A stretch of DNA of 64,000 nt, from assembly GCF_009914755.1 (NCBI RefSeq), contig NC_060933.1, one strand, 5' to 3'. This DNA is from the human T2T-CHM13v2.0 reference genome, Homo sapiens. The notes beneath the pieces were generated by a model. It did no database searches. It was not told the DNA's origin and saw only the letters and a program-made list of their open reading frames with translations. The position numbers were made by a program, and so were the translations under genes. Shown piece by piece: positions 40,951 through 55,900 of this stretch (the first letter of the stretch is position 1; each line of letters starts with the position of its first letter).

Positions 40951-43900
40951 ATGGAATGGAATGGAATGGAATGCAATGTAATGGAATGGAATTAACCGGA
41001 ATAGAATGGAATGGAATGGAACGGAATGGAATGGAATGGAATGGAATGGAATGGAATGGAATGGAATCAACCCGAGTGCAGGGGAATGGAATGGAATGGA
41101 ATGCAATGGAATGGAATCATCCGGAATGGAATGGAATGGAATGGAATGCAATCAACCTGATGCAATGGAATGGAGTGGAATGGAATGGAATGAAATGGAA
41201 ACATCCCGAATGGAATGGAATGTAATGGAGTGTAAAGGAATTGAATAGAATCAATCCGAATGTAATGGAATGGAATGGAATGAAATGGAATGGAATGGAA
41301 TGGAATGGAATCAACCCGAGTGCAATGGAATGGATTCGAATGGAATGGAATGGAATGGAATGGATTCAACAAGAATGGAATGGAAAGGAATGGAATCAAC
41401 CCGAGTGTAATGGCATGGAATGGAACGGAATGGAATGGGATGGAATGGAATGGTACGGAATAGAATGGAATAGAATGAAATGGAATGGAATGGAATGGAA
41501 TTGAATGGAATGGAATGGAATGGAATGAACCCGTGTGCAATGGAATGGAATGGAATGGATTCAACTCGAATGGAATCAACTCGATTGCAATTGAATGGAA
41601 TGGAATTGAAAGGAATAGAATGGAATCATCCCGAGTGGAATGGAATGGAAAGGACTGGAATGGAGTGGAATGGAATGGAATGGAATTAACCCGAATAGAA
41701 TGAAATGGAACGGAATGGAATGGAATGTAATGGAATGGAATGGAATGGAATCAACCCGAGTGCAGGGGAATGGAATGGAATGGAATGCACTGGAATGGAA
41801 TGGAATGGAATCAACTCGATTTCAATGGAATGGAATGGAATAGAATGGAATGGAATTAACACGAATAGAATGGAATGGAATGGAATTGAATGGAACAGAA
41901 AGGAATGGAATGGAATGGAATGGAATCAACCCAAGTGCAGGGGAATGGAATGGAATGGAATTCAATGGAATGGAATCATCCGGAATGGAATGGAATGGAA
42001 TGGAATGGAATGGAATGGAATCAACCCGAGTGCAATGGAATGGAGAGGAATGGAATGGAATGGAATGGAAACTACACGAATCGAATGGAATGTATTGGAG
42101 TGTAAGGGAATTGAATAGAATGAATCCGAATGGAATGGAATGGAATGGAATCAACACGAGTGCAGGGGAATGGAATGTAAAGGAATGCAATGGAATGGAA
42201 TCTTCCGGAATGGAATGGAATGCAATGGATTCAACTCGATTGCAATGGAATGGAATAGAATGGAATGGAATGGAATGGAATGGAATTAACCCGAATAGAA
42301 TGGAATGGAATGGAACGGAATGGAACGGAACGGAATGGAATGGAATGGAATGGAATGGAATGGAATGGAATGGTGGGGAATGGAATGGAATGGAATGGAA
42401 TCAACGCGAGTGCAGGGGAATGTAATGGAACAGAATGTAATGGAATGGAATCATCCGGAATGGAATGGAATGGAATGGAATGGAATGGAATGGAATGGAA
42501 TCAACCCGAGTGCAATGGAATGGAGTGGAATGGAATGGAATGGAATGGAACAACCCGAATGGAATGGAATGTAATGGAGAGTAAGGGAGTTGAATAGAAT
42601 CAATCCGAATCTAATGGAATGGAATGGAACGGAATGGAATGGAATGGAATGGAATGCAATTCAATGAAATCAACCCGAGTACAATGGAATGGAATGGAAT
42701 GGAATGGAATGGAATGGAATGGAATGGAATGGCTTCAAACCGAATGGAATGGAAAGGAATGGAATCAACACGAGTGGAATGGAATGGAATGGAATGGAAT
42801 GCAATCGAATGGAATGGAATCGTATGGAATAGAATGGAATGGAAAGAAATGGAATGGAATGGAATGGAATGGAATGGAATGGAATGGAATCGTTCCGAGT
42901 GGAATAGGAGGGAATGTATTCGAGTGGATTGGAAAGGAATGGAATCAACCAGAGTGGAATGGAAGGGAATGGAATGGAATGGAAACTAATAGAATGGAAT
43001 CAACCCGAGTGGAATGGAATGGAAAGGACTGGAATGGAATGGAATGGAATGGAATCAACTCGATTGTAATGGAATGGAATGGAATGGAATGGAATGGAAT
43101 GGAATGGAATGGCATGGAATGGAATCATCCGTACTGGAATGGAAAGGAATGGAATGGAATGGAATGGAATGGAATGGAATGGAATGGAATGGAATGGAAT
43201 GATACGGAATTGAATGGAATGGGACGAAATGGAATGGAATGGAATGGATTGGAATGGAATGGAATGGAATGGAATGGAATCGTTCCTAGTGGAATAGGAG
43301 GGAATGTATTCGAGTGGAATGGAAAGGAATGGAATCAACCAGAGTGGAATGGCATGGATTGGAATGGAATGGAATGGAATCAACCCGAGTACAGGGGAAT
43401 GGAATGGAATGGAATGGAATGCAATGGAATGGAATCATCCGTAATGGAATGGAATGGAAAGGAATGGAATGGAATGGAATTAACCCGAATACAATATAAT
43501 GGAATGGAATGGAATGGAATGGAGTGGAATGGAATGGAATCAACCCGAGTGCAGGGGAATGGAAAGGAATGGAATGCAATGGAATGGAATCATCCGGAAT
43601 GGAATGGAATGGAATGGAATGCAAAGAAATGGTATCAACTCGATTGCAATGGAATGGAATGGAATGGAAAGGAATACATTGGAATCAACCCGAGTGGAAT
43701 GGAATGGAAAGGACTGGAATGGAGTGGAATGGAATGGAATGGAATGGAATGGAATGGAATCAACTTGATTGGAATGGAATGGAATGGAATGGAATGGAAT
43801 GGAATAGAATGGAATTGAATCAACCCGACTGCAGGGGAATGGAATGGAATGGAATGCAAAGGAATGGAATCATCCGTAATGGAATGGAAAGGAATGGAAT

Positions 43901-46900
43901 GGAATGGAATGGAATGGAATGGAATGGAATGGAATCATCGCGAGTGCAGGGGAATGTAATGGAACGGAATGCAGTGGAATGGAATCATCCGGAATGGAAT
44001 GGAATGGAATGGAATGGAATGGAATCAACCCGAGTGTAATGGAATGGAGTGGAATGGAATGGAATGGAATGGAACAACCCGAATGGAATGGAATGTAATG
44101 GAGAGTAAGGGAGTTGAATAGAATCAATCCGAATGTAATGGAATGGAATGCAACGGAATGGAATGGAATGGAATGGAATGGAATGCAATGGAATGGAATC
44201 AACCCGAGTACAATGGAATGGAATGGAATGGAATGGAATGGAATGGAATGGAATGCCTTCAAACCGAATGGAATGGAAAGGAATGGAATCAACACGAGTG
44301 GAATGGAATGGAATGGAATGGAACGGAATGGAATGGAATGATACGGAATAGAATGGAATGGAACGAAATGGAATGGAATGGAATGGAATGGAATGGAATC
44401 GTTCCGAGTGGAATAGGAGGGAATGTATTCGAGTGGAATGGAAAGGAATGGAATCAACCAGAGTGGAATGGAAGGGAATGGAATGGAATGGAAACTAATA
44501 GAATGGAATCAACCCGAGTGGAATGGAATGGAAAGGACTGGAATGGAATGGAATGGAATGGAATGGAATGGAATGGAATCAACTCCATTGTAATGGAATG
44601 GAATGGAATGGAATGGAATGGAATGGAATTAACCAGAATACAATGGAATGGAATGGAATGGAACGGAATGGAGTGGAATGGAATGGAATCAACCCGAGTG
44701 CAGGGCAATGGAATGGAATGGAATGCAATTGAATGGAATCATCCGGAACGGAATGGAATGGAATGGAATGCAAAGCAATGGAATCAACTCGATTGCAATA
44801 GAATGGAATGGAATGGAAAGGAATTCATTGGAATCAACCCGAGTGGAATGGAATGGAAAGGACTGGAATGGAGTGGAATGGAATGGAATGGAATGGAATG
44901 GAATCAACTCGATTGGAATGGAATGGAATGGAATGGAATAGAATGGAATTAACCCGCGTAGAATGGAGTGGAATGGAACGGAACGGAACGGAACGGAATG
45001 GAATGGAATGGAATGGAATGGAATGGAATGGAATCAACCCGACTGCAGGGGAATGGAATGGAATGGAATGCAATGGAATGGATTCAACTTGAATGGAATG
45101 GAAAGAATGGAATCAACACGAGTGGAATGGCATGGATTGGAATGGAATGGAATGGAATCAACCCGAGTACAGGGGAATGGAATGGAATGGAATGCAATGG
45201 AATGGAATCATCCGTAATGGAATGGAAAGGAATGGAATGGAATGGAATGGAATGGAATGGAATGGAATGGAATCAACTCGATTGCAATCGAATGGAATGG
45301 AATGGAATTAACCCGAATAGAATGGAATGGAATGGAACGGAACGGAACGGAACGGAATGGAATGGAATGGAATGGAATGGAATGGAAAGGAATGGAATGG
45401 AACGGAAAGGAATGGAATGGAATGGAATGGAATGGAATGGAATGGAATGGAATGGAATGGAATCAACGCGAGTGCAGGGGAATGGAATGGAATGGAATGC
45501 AATGGAATGGAATCTTCCGGAATGGAATGGAATGGAATGGAATGGAATGGAATAGAATGGAATAAAGCCGAGTGCAATGGAATGGAGTGGAATGGAATGG
45601 AATGGAATGGAACAATCCGAATGGAATGGAATGTAATGGAGAGTAAGGGAGTTGAATAGAGTCAATCCGAATGTAATGGAATGGAATGGAACGGAATGGA
45701 ATTGAATGGAATGGAATGGAATGCAATGGAATGAAATCAACCCGAGTGCAATGGAATGGAGAGGAATGGAATGGAATGGAATGGAAACTACCCGAATGGA
45801 ATGGAATGTAATGGAGCGTAAGGGAATTGAATAGAATCAATCCGAATGTAATGGAATGGAATGGAATGGAATGGAATGCAAAGGAATGGAATCAACCCGA
45901 GTGAAATCGAATGGAATGGAATGGAATGGAATGCAATGGAATGGAATCAACCCGAGTGCAATCGAATGGAATCGAATGGAGTGGAATACAATGGAATGGA
46001 TTCAACTTGAATGGAATGGAAAGAATGGAATCAACACGAGTGGAAGGGCATGGATTGGAATGCAATGGAATGGAATCAACCCGAGTACAGGGGAATGGAA
46101 TGGAATGGAATGCAATGGAATGGAATCATCCGTAATGGAATGGAAAGGAATGGAATGGAATGGAATGGAATGGAATGCAATGGAATCAACATGATTGCAA
46201 TCGAATGGAATGGAATGGAATTAACCCGAATAGAATGGAATGGAATGGAATGGAACGGAACGGAATGGAATGGAATGGAATGGAATGGAACGGAACCGAA
46301 CGGAATGGAATGGAATGGAATGGAATGGAATGGAATCAACGAGAGTGCAGGGGAATGGCATGGAACGGAATGCAATGGAATGGAATCTTCCGGAATGGAA
46401 TGGAATGGAATGGAATGGAATGGAATGAAATGCAATGGATTCAACTCGACTGCAATGGAATGGAATTGAATGGAATGGAATGGAATGGAATGGGATAAAC
46501 CCGAATAGAATGGAATGGAATGGAATGGAACAGAATGTAACGGAATGGAATGGAATGGAATGGAATGGAATGGAATGGAATGGAATGGTATGGAATGGAA
46601 TGGAATGGTACGGAATAGAAAGGAATGGAACGAATTGCAATGGAATGGAATTGAATGGAATGGAATGGAATGGAATGGAATCAACGCGAGTGCAGGGGAA
46701 TGTAATGGAACGGAATGCAATGGAATGGAATCATCCGGAATGGAATGGAATGGAATGGAATGGAATAAACCCGAGTGCAATGGAATGGAGTGGAATGGAA
46801 TGGAATAGAATGGAACAACCCGAATGGAATGGAATGTAATGGAGAGTAAGGGAGTTGAATAGAATCAATTCGAATGTAATGGAATGGAATGCAACGGAAT

Positions 46901-49900
46901 GGAATGGAATGGAATGGAATGGAATGGAATGGAATGGAATGCAAAGGAATGGAATCAACCCGAGTGGAATGGCATGGAATGGAATGCAATGGATTGGAAT
47001 GGAATGGAATCAACTCGAGTGGAAAGGAATGGAATAGAATGGAAAGGAATGGAATGAAGTCAACTCAAGTGGAATGGAATGGAATGGAATGGATTGGAAT
47101 GGATTGCAATGGAATGAAATGGAATGGAATGGAATGGAATCAATCATGGAAGGGAATGTAATGGAGTGGAAAGAAGGGAATGGAATCAACCCGAGTGGAA
47201 TGCAAGGCAATGGAATGGAATGGAAAGGAATGGAATGGAATCAACTCGATTGCAATGGAATGGAATGGAACGGAATGGAATGGAATGGAATGGAATTAAC
47301 TGGAATAGAATGGAATGGAATGGAATGGAACGGAATGGAACGGAATGGAATGGAATGGAAGGGAATGGAATCAACACTAGTGCAGGGGAATGGAATGGAA
47401 TGGAATGCAATGAAATGGAATCATCCAGAATGGAATGGAATGGAATGGAATCAACTCCATTGCAATGGAATGGAATGGAATGGAATGGAATAGAATGGAA
47501 TGGAATTAACCCGAATAGAATGGAATGCAATAGAATGGAATGCAATGGAACCGAATGGAGTGGAATGGAATGGAATGGAATCAACCCGAGTACAGAGGAA
47601 TGGAATGGAATGGAATGCAATGGAATGGATTCATACGTAATGGAATGGAAAGGAATGGAATGGAATGGAATGGAATGGAATGGAATGGAATGGAATCAAC
47701 TCGATGGCAATCGAATTTAATGGAATGGAATTAATCCGAATAGAATGGAATGGAATGGAATGGAACGGAACGGAATGGAATGGAATGGAATGGAATGGAA
47801 TGGAACGGAACGGAATGGAATGGAATGGAATGGAATGGAATCAACGCGAGTGCAGGGGAATGGAATGGAATGGAATGCAATGGAATGGAATCTTCCGGAA
47901 TGGAATGGAATGGAATGGAATGGAATGGAATGAAAGGCAATGGATTCAACTCGATTGCAATGGAATGGAATAGAATGGAATGGAATGGAATGGAATGGAA
48001 TGGAATTGAATGGAATGGAATGACTTCAAACCGAATGGAATGGAAAGGAATGGAATCAACACGAGTGGAAAGGAATGGAATGGAAAGGAAAGGAATGGAA
48101 TGGAATGGTACGGAATAGAACGGAATGGAACGAACTGGAATGGAATGGAATGGAATGGAATGGAATGGAATGGAATGGAATGGAATGGAATCGTTCCGAG
48201 TGGAATAGGAGGGAAAGTATTCGAGTGGAATGGAAAGGAATGCAATCAACCAGAGGGGAATGGAAGGGAATGGAATGGAATGGAAACTAATAGAATGGAA
48301 TCAACCCTAGTGGAATGGAATGGAAAGGCCTGGAATGGAAAGGAATGGAATGGAATGGAATGGAATGGAATGGAATGGAATCAACGCGAGTGCAGGAGAA
48401 TGGAATGGAATGCAATGGAATGGAATCAACTCGATTGTAATGGAATGGAATGGAATGGAATGGAATGGAATGGAATGGAATTAACCCGAATAAAATGGAA
48501 TGGAATGGAATAGAACGGAATGGAGTGGAATGGAATGGAATCAACCCGAGTGCAGGGGAATGGAATGGAATGGAATGCTATGGAATGCAATCATTCGGAA
48601 TGGAATGGAATGGAATGGAATGCAAAGCAATGGAATCAACTCGATTGCAATGGAATGGAATGGAATGGAAAGGAATACATTCGAATCAACCCGAGTGGAA
48701 TGGAATGGAAAGGACTGGAATGGAGTGGAATGGAATGGAATGGAATGGAATGGAATGGAATCAACTCGATTGGAATGGAATGGAATGGAATGGAATGGAA
48801 TTAACCCGAAAAGAATGGAAAGGAATGGAATGCACCGGAACGGAACGGAACGGAATGGAATGGAATGGAATGGAATGGAATGGAATGGAATGGAAATGGA
48901 ATGGAATGGAATCAACCCGACTGCAGGGGAATGGAATGGAATGGAATGCAATGGAATGGATTCAACTTGAATGGAATGGAAAGAATGGAATCAACACGAG
49001 TGGAAAGGCATGGATTGGAATGCAATGGAATGGAATCAACCCGAGTACAGGGGAATGGAATGGAATGGAATGCAATGGAATGGAATCATCCGTAATGGAA
49101 TGGAAAGGAATGGAATGGAATGGAATGGAATGGAATGGAATCAACTCGATTGCAATCGAATGGAATGAAATGGAATTAACCCGAATGGAATGGAATGGAA
49201 CGGAATGGAATGGAATGGAACGGAACGGAACGGAACGGAATGGAATGGAATGGAATGGAATGGAATGGAATGGAATGGAACGGAAAGGAATGGAATGGAA
49301 TGGAATGGAATGGAATGGAATGGAATGGAATGGAATCAACGCGAGTGCAGGGGAATGGAATGGAATGGAGTGCAATGGAATGGGATCTTCCGGAATGGAA
49401 TGGAATGGAATGGAATGGAATGGAATGGAATGGAATAAACCCGAGTGCAATGGAATGGAGTGGAATGGAATGGAATGGAATGGAACAACCCGAATGGAAT
49501 GGAATGGAATGGAGAGTAAGGGAGTTGAATAGAATCAATCCGAATGTAATGGAATGGAATGGAACGGAATGGAATTGAATGGAATGGAATGGAATGCAAT
49601 GGAAAGGAATCAACCCGAGTGCAATGGAATGGAGAGGAATGGAATGGAATGGAATGGAAACTACCCGAATGGAATGGAATGTAATGGAGTGTAAGGGAAT
49701 TGAATAGAATCAATCCGAATATAATGGAATGGAATGGAACGGAATGGAATGGAATGGAATGGAATGGAATGGAATGGAATGGAATGCAATGGAATGGAAT
49801 CAACCCGAGTGCAATCGAATGGAATCGAATGGAATGGAATGCAATGGAATGGATTCAACTTGAATGGAATGGAAAGAATGGAATCAACACGAGTGGAAGG

Positions 49901-52900
49901 GCATGGATTGGAATGCAATGGAATGTAATCAACCCGAGTACAGGGGAATGGAATGGAATGGAATGCAATGGAATGGAATCATCCGTAATGGAATGGAAAG
50001 GAATGGAATGGAATGGAATGGAATGGAATCAACACGATTGCAATCGAATGGAATGGAATGGAATTAACCCGAATAGAATGGAATGGAATGGAATGGAACG
50101 GAACGGAATGGAATGGAATGGAATGGAATGGAATGGAACGGAACGGAATGGAATGGAATGGAATGGAATGGAATGGAATGGAATGGAATCAACGCGAGTG
50201 CAGGGGAATGGAAAGGAATGGAATGCAATGGAATGGAATCTTCCGGAATAGAATGGAATGGAATGGAATGGAATGGAATGAAATGCAATGGATTCAACTC
50301 GATTGCAATGGAATGTAATAGAATGGGATGGAATGGAATGGAATGGAATTAACCCGAATAGAATGGAATGGAATGGAATGGAACAGAATGGAACGGAACG
50401 GAATGGAATGGAATGGAATGGAATGGAATGGAATGGAATGGTATGGAATGGAATGGAATGGTACGGAATAGATTGGAATGGAACGAATTGTAATGGAATG
50501 GAATTGAATGGAATGGAATGGAATGGAATGGAATCAACGCGAGTGCAGGGGAATGTAATGGAACGGAATGCAATGGAATGGAATCATCCGGAATGGAATG
50601 GAATGGAATGGAATGGAATGGAATGGAATCAACCCGAGTGCAATGGAATGGAGTGGAATGGAATGGAATGGAATGGAACAACCCGAATGGAATGGAATGT
50701 AATGGAGAGTAAGGGAGTTGAATAGAATCAATCCGAATGTAATGGAATGGAATGCAACGGAAAGGAATGGAATGGAATGCAATGGAATGGAATGGAATGC
50801 AAAGGAATGGAATCAACCCGAGTGGAATGGCATGGAATGGAATGCAATGGAATGGAATGGAATGGAATGGAATGGAATGGAATCAACTCGATTGGAATGG
50901 AATGGAATGGAATGGAATGGAATGGAATGGAATTAACCCGAATAGAATGGAAATGAATGGAATGGAACGGAACGGAATGGAACAGAATGGAATGGAATGG
51001 AATGGAATGGAATGGAATGGAATGGAATCAACCCGACTGCAGGGGAATGGAATGGAATGGAATGCAATGGAATGGATTCAACTTGAATGGAATGGAAAGA
51101 ATGGAATCAACACGAGTGGAATGGCATGGATTTGAATGGAATGGAATGGAATCAACCCGAGTGCAATGGAATGGAGTGGAATGGAATCATCCGTAATGGA
51201 ATGGAAAGGAATGGAAAGGAATGGAATGGAATGGAATGGAATGGAATGGAATGGAATGGAATGGAATGGAATGGAATGCCTTCAAACCGAAAGGAATGGA
51301 AAGGAATGGAATCAACACGAGTGGAAAGGAATGGAATGGAAAGGAAAGGAATGGAATGGAATGGTACGGAATAGAATGGAATGGAACGAACTGGAATGGA
51401 ATGGAATGGAATGGAATGGAATGGAATGGAATGGAATGGAATCGTTCCGAGTGGAATAGGAGGGAATGTATTCGAGTGGAATGGAAAGGAATGGAATCAA
51501 AAAGAGTGGAATGGAAGGGAATGGAATGGAATGGAAACTAATAGAATGGAATCAACCCGAGTGGCATGGAATGGAAAGGACTGGAATGGAATGGAATGGA
51601 ATGGAATGGAATGGAATCAACTCGATTGTAATGGAATGGAATGGAATGGAATGGAATGGAATGGAATGGAATGGAATTAACCCGAATAGAATGGAATGGA
51701 ATGGAATTGAACGGAACGGAACGGAACGGAACAGAATGGAATGGAATGGAATGGAATGGAACGGAAAGGAATGGAATGGAATGGAATGGAATGGAATGGA
51801 ATGGAATCAACGCGAGTGCAGGGGAATGGAATGGAATGGAATGCAATGGAATGGAAGCTTCCGGAATGGAATGGAATGGAATGGAATGGAATGGAATGGA
51901 ATAAACCCGAGTGCAATGGAATGGAGTGGAATGGAATGGAATGGAATGGAACAACCCGAATGGAATGGAATGTAATGGAAAGTAAGGGAGTTGAATAGAG
52001 TCAATCCGAATGTAATGGAATGGAATGGAACGGAATGGAATTGAATGGAATGGAATGGAATGCAATGGAATGGAATCAACCCGAGTGCAATGGAATGGAG
52101 AGGAATGGAATGGTATGGAATGGAAACTACCCGAATGGAATGGAATGTAATGGAGTGTAAGGGAATTGAATAGAATCAATCCGAATGTAATGGAATGGAA
52201 TGCAACGGAATGGAATGGAATGGAATGGCATGGAATCAACCCGAGTGCAATCGAATGGAATCGAATGGAATGGAATGCAATGGAATGGATTCAACTTGAA
52301 TGGAATGGAAAGAATGGAATCAACACGAGTGGAAGGGCATGGATTGGAATGTAATGGAATGGAATCAACTCGAGTACAGGGGAATGGAATGGAATGGAAT
52401 GCAATGGAATGGAATCATCCGTAATGGAATGGAAAGGAATGGAATGGAATGGAAGGGAATGGAATGGAATGAAATGGAATGGAATCAACTCGATTGCAGT
52501 CGAATGGAATGGAATGGAATTAACCCGAATAGAATGGAATGGAATGGAATGGAACGGAACGGAACGGAACGGAACGGAATGGAATGGAATGGAATGGAAT
52601 GGAACGGAAAGGAATGGAGTGGAATGGAATGGAATGGAATGGAAAGGAATCAACGCGAGTGCAGGGGAATGGAATGGAATGGAATGCAATGGAATGGAAT
52701 CATCCGGAATGGAATGGAATGGAATGGAATGGAATGGAATGGAATGGAATGGAATCAACCCGAGTGCAATGGAATGGAGTGAAATGGAATGGAATGGAAT
52801 GGAACAACCCGAATGGAATGGAATGTAATGGAGAGTAAGGGAGTTGAATAGAATCAATCCGAATGTAATGGAATGGAATGCAACAGAATAGAATGGAATG

Positions 52901-55900
52901 GAATGCAATGGAATGCAATCAACCCGAGTACAATGGAATGGAATGGAATGCAATGGAATGGAATGGAATGGAATGGAATGCCTTCAAACCGAATGGAATG
53001 GAAATGAAAGGAATCAACACGAGTGGAATGGAATGGAATGGAATGGAATGGAATGATACGGAATAGAATGGAATGGAACGAAATGGAATGGAATGGAATG
53101 GAATGGAATGGAATGGATTGGAATCGTTCCGAGTGGAATAGGAGGGAATGTATTCGAGTGGAATGGAAAGGAATGGAATCAACCAGAGTGGAATGGAAGG
53201 GAATGGAATGGAATGGAAACTAATAGAATGGAATCAACCCGAGTGGAATGGAATGGAAAGGACTGGAATGGAATGGAATGGAATGGAATCAACTCGATTG
53301 TAATGGAATGGAATGGAATGGAATGGAATGGAATGGAATGGAATTAACCCGAATACAATGGAATGGAATGGAGTGGAACGGAATGGAGTGGAATGGAATG
53401 GAATCAACCCGAGTGCAGGGGAATGGAATGGAATGGAATGCAATGGAATGGAATCATCCGGAATCAAATGGAATGGAATGGAATGCAAAGCAATGGAATC
53501 AACTCGATTGCAATGGAATGGAATGGAATGGAAAGGAATACATTGGAATCAACCCGAGTGGAATGGAATGGAAAGGACTGGAATGGAGTGGAATGGAATG
53601 GAATGGAATGGAATGGAATCAACTCGATTGGAAAGGAATGGAATGGAATGGAATGGAATGGAATTAACCCGAATAGAATGGAATGGAATGGAATGGAACG
53701 GAACGGAACGGAACGGAATGGAATGGAATGGAATGGAATTGAATGGAATGGAATGGAATCAACCCGACTGCAGGGGAATGGAATGGAATGGAATGCAATG
53801 GAATGGATTCAACTTGAATGGAATGGAAAGAATGGAATCAACACGACTGGAATGGCATGGATTGGAATGGAATGGAATGGAATCAACCCGAGTACAGGGG
53901 AATGCAATGGAATGGAATCATCCGTAATGGAATGGAAAGGAATGGAATGGAATGGAATGGAATGGAATGGAATGGAATGGAATCAACTCGATTGCAATCG
54001 AATGGAATGGAATGGAATTAACCCGAATAGAATGGAATGGAATGGAATGGAACGGAACGGAACGGAACGGAATGGAATGGAATGGAATGGAATGGAATGG
54101 AATGGAAAGGAAAGGAATGGAATGGAATGGAATGGAATGGAATGGAATGGAATCAACGCGAGGGCAGGGGAATGGAATGGAATGGAATGCAATGGAATGG
54201 AATTTTCCGGAATGGAATAGAATGGAATGGAATGGAATGGAATGGAATAAACCCGAGTGCAATGGAATGGAGTGGAATGGAATGGAGTGGAATGGAATGG
54301 AATGGAATGGAATGGAACAGCCCGAATGGAATGGAATGTAATGGAGAGTAAGGGAGTTGAATAGAATCAATCCGAATGTTACGGAATGGAATGGAACGGA
54401 ATGGAATTGAATTGAATGGAATGGAATGCAATGGAATGTAATCAACCCGAGTGCAATGGAATGGAGAGGAATGGAATGGAATGGAATGGAAACTACCCGA
54501 ATGGAATGGAATGTAATGGAGTGTAAGGGAATTGAATAGAATCAATCCGAATGTAATGGAATGGAATGGAATGGAATGGAATGGAATGGAATGGAATGGA
54601 ATGCAATGGAATGGAATCAACCCGAGTACAGGGGAATGGAATGGAATGGAATGCAATGGAATGGAATCATCCGTAATTGAATGGAATGGAAATGGAATGG
54701 AATGGAATGGAATGGAATCAACACGATTGCAATCGAATGGAATGGAATGGAATTAACCCGAATAGAATTGAATGGAATGGAATGGAACGGAACGGAATGG
54801 AATGGAATGGAATGGAATGGAACGGAACGGAACGGAATGGAATGGAATGGAATGGAATGGAATGGAATCAACGCGAGTGCAGGGGAATGGAATGGAATGG
54901 AATGCAATGGAATGGAATCTTCCGGAATGGAATGGAATGGAATGGAATGGAATGAAATGCAATGGATTCAACTCGATTGCAATGGAATGGAATAGAATGG
55001 AATGGAAAGGAATGGAATGGAATTAACCCGAATAGAATGGAATGGAATGGAACGGAATGGAACGGAATGGAACGGAATGGAATGGAATGGAATGGAATGG
55101 AATGGAATGGAATGGAATGGTATGGAATGGAATAGAATGGTATGGAATAGAATGGAATGGAACGAATTGTAATGGAATGGAATTGAATGGAATGGAATGG
55201 AATGGAATGGAATCAACCCGAGTGGAATGGCATGGAATGGAATGCAATGGAATGGAATGGAATGGAATCAACTCGAGTGGAAAGGAATGGAATGGAATGG
55301 AAAGGAATGGAATGAAGTCAACTCGAGTGGAATGGAATGGAATGGAATGGATTGGAATGGATTGCAATGGAATGAAATGGAATGGAATGGAATGGAATCA
55401 ATCATTCCGAGTGGAATGGAAGGGAATGTAATGGAGTGAAAAGAAGGGAATGGAATCAACCCGAGTGGAATGCAAGGCAATGGAATGTAATGGAAAGGAA
55501 TGGAATGGAATCAACTCGATTGCAATGGAATGGAATGGAATGGAATGGAATGGAATGGAATGGAATGGAATTAACCGGAATAGAATGGAATGGAATGGAA
55601 TGGAACGGAATGGAATGGAATGGAAGGAAATGGAATCAACACGAGTGCAGGGGAATGGAATGGAATGGAATGCAATGGAATGGAATCATCCGGAATGGAA
55701 TGGAATGGAATGGAATCAACTCCATTGCAATGGAATGGAATGGAATGGAATGGAATAGAATGGAATGGAATTAACCCGAATAGAATGGAATGCAATAGAA
55801 TGGAATGCAACGGAACCGAATGGAGTGGAATGGAATGGAATGGAATCAACCCGAGTACAGGGGAATGGAATGGAATGGAATGCAATGGAATGGAGTCATC

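Noticed and set aside
12449-41153. Block B offset of 28704 minus two local duplications giving about 3 x 8.63 kb
   Set aside because: This needs post hoc subtraction of chosen duplications while ignoring others, so I did not use it as evidence for the super-period.
24386-54213. Purifying selection on the HSE core (variants tending to fall on n positions)
   Set aside because: Five n-position variants against three core-broken copies is too few, and CTTCC>CATCC changes would be miscounted as the sister module. Selection cannot be claimed.
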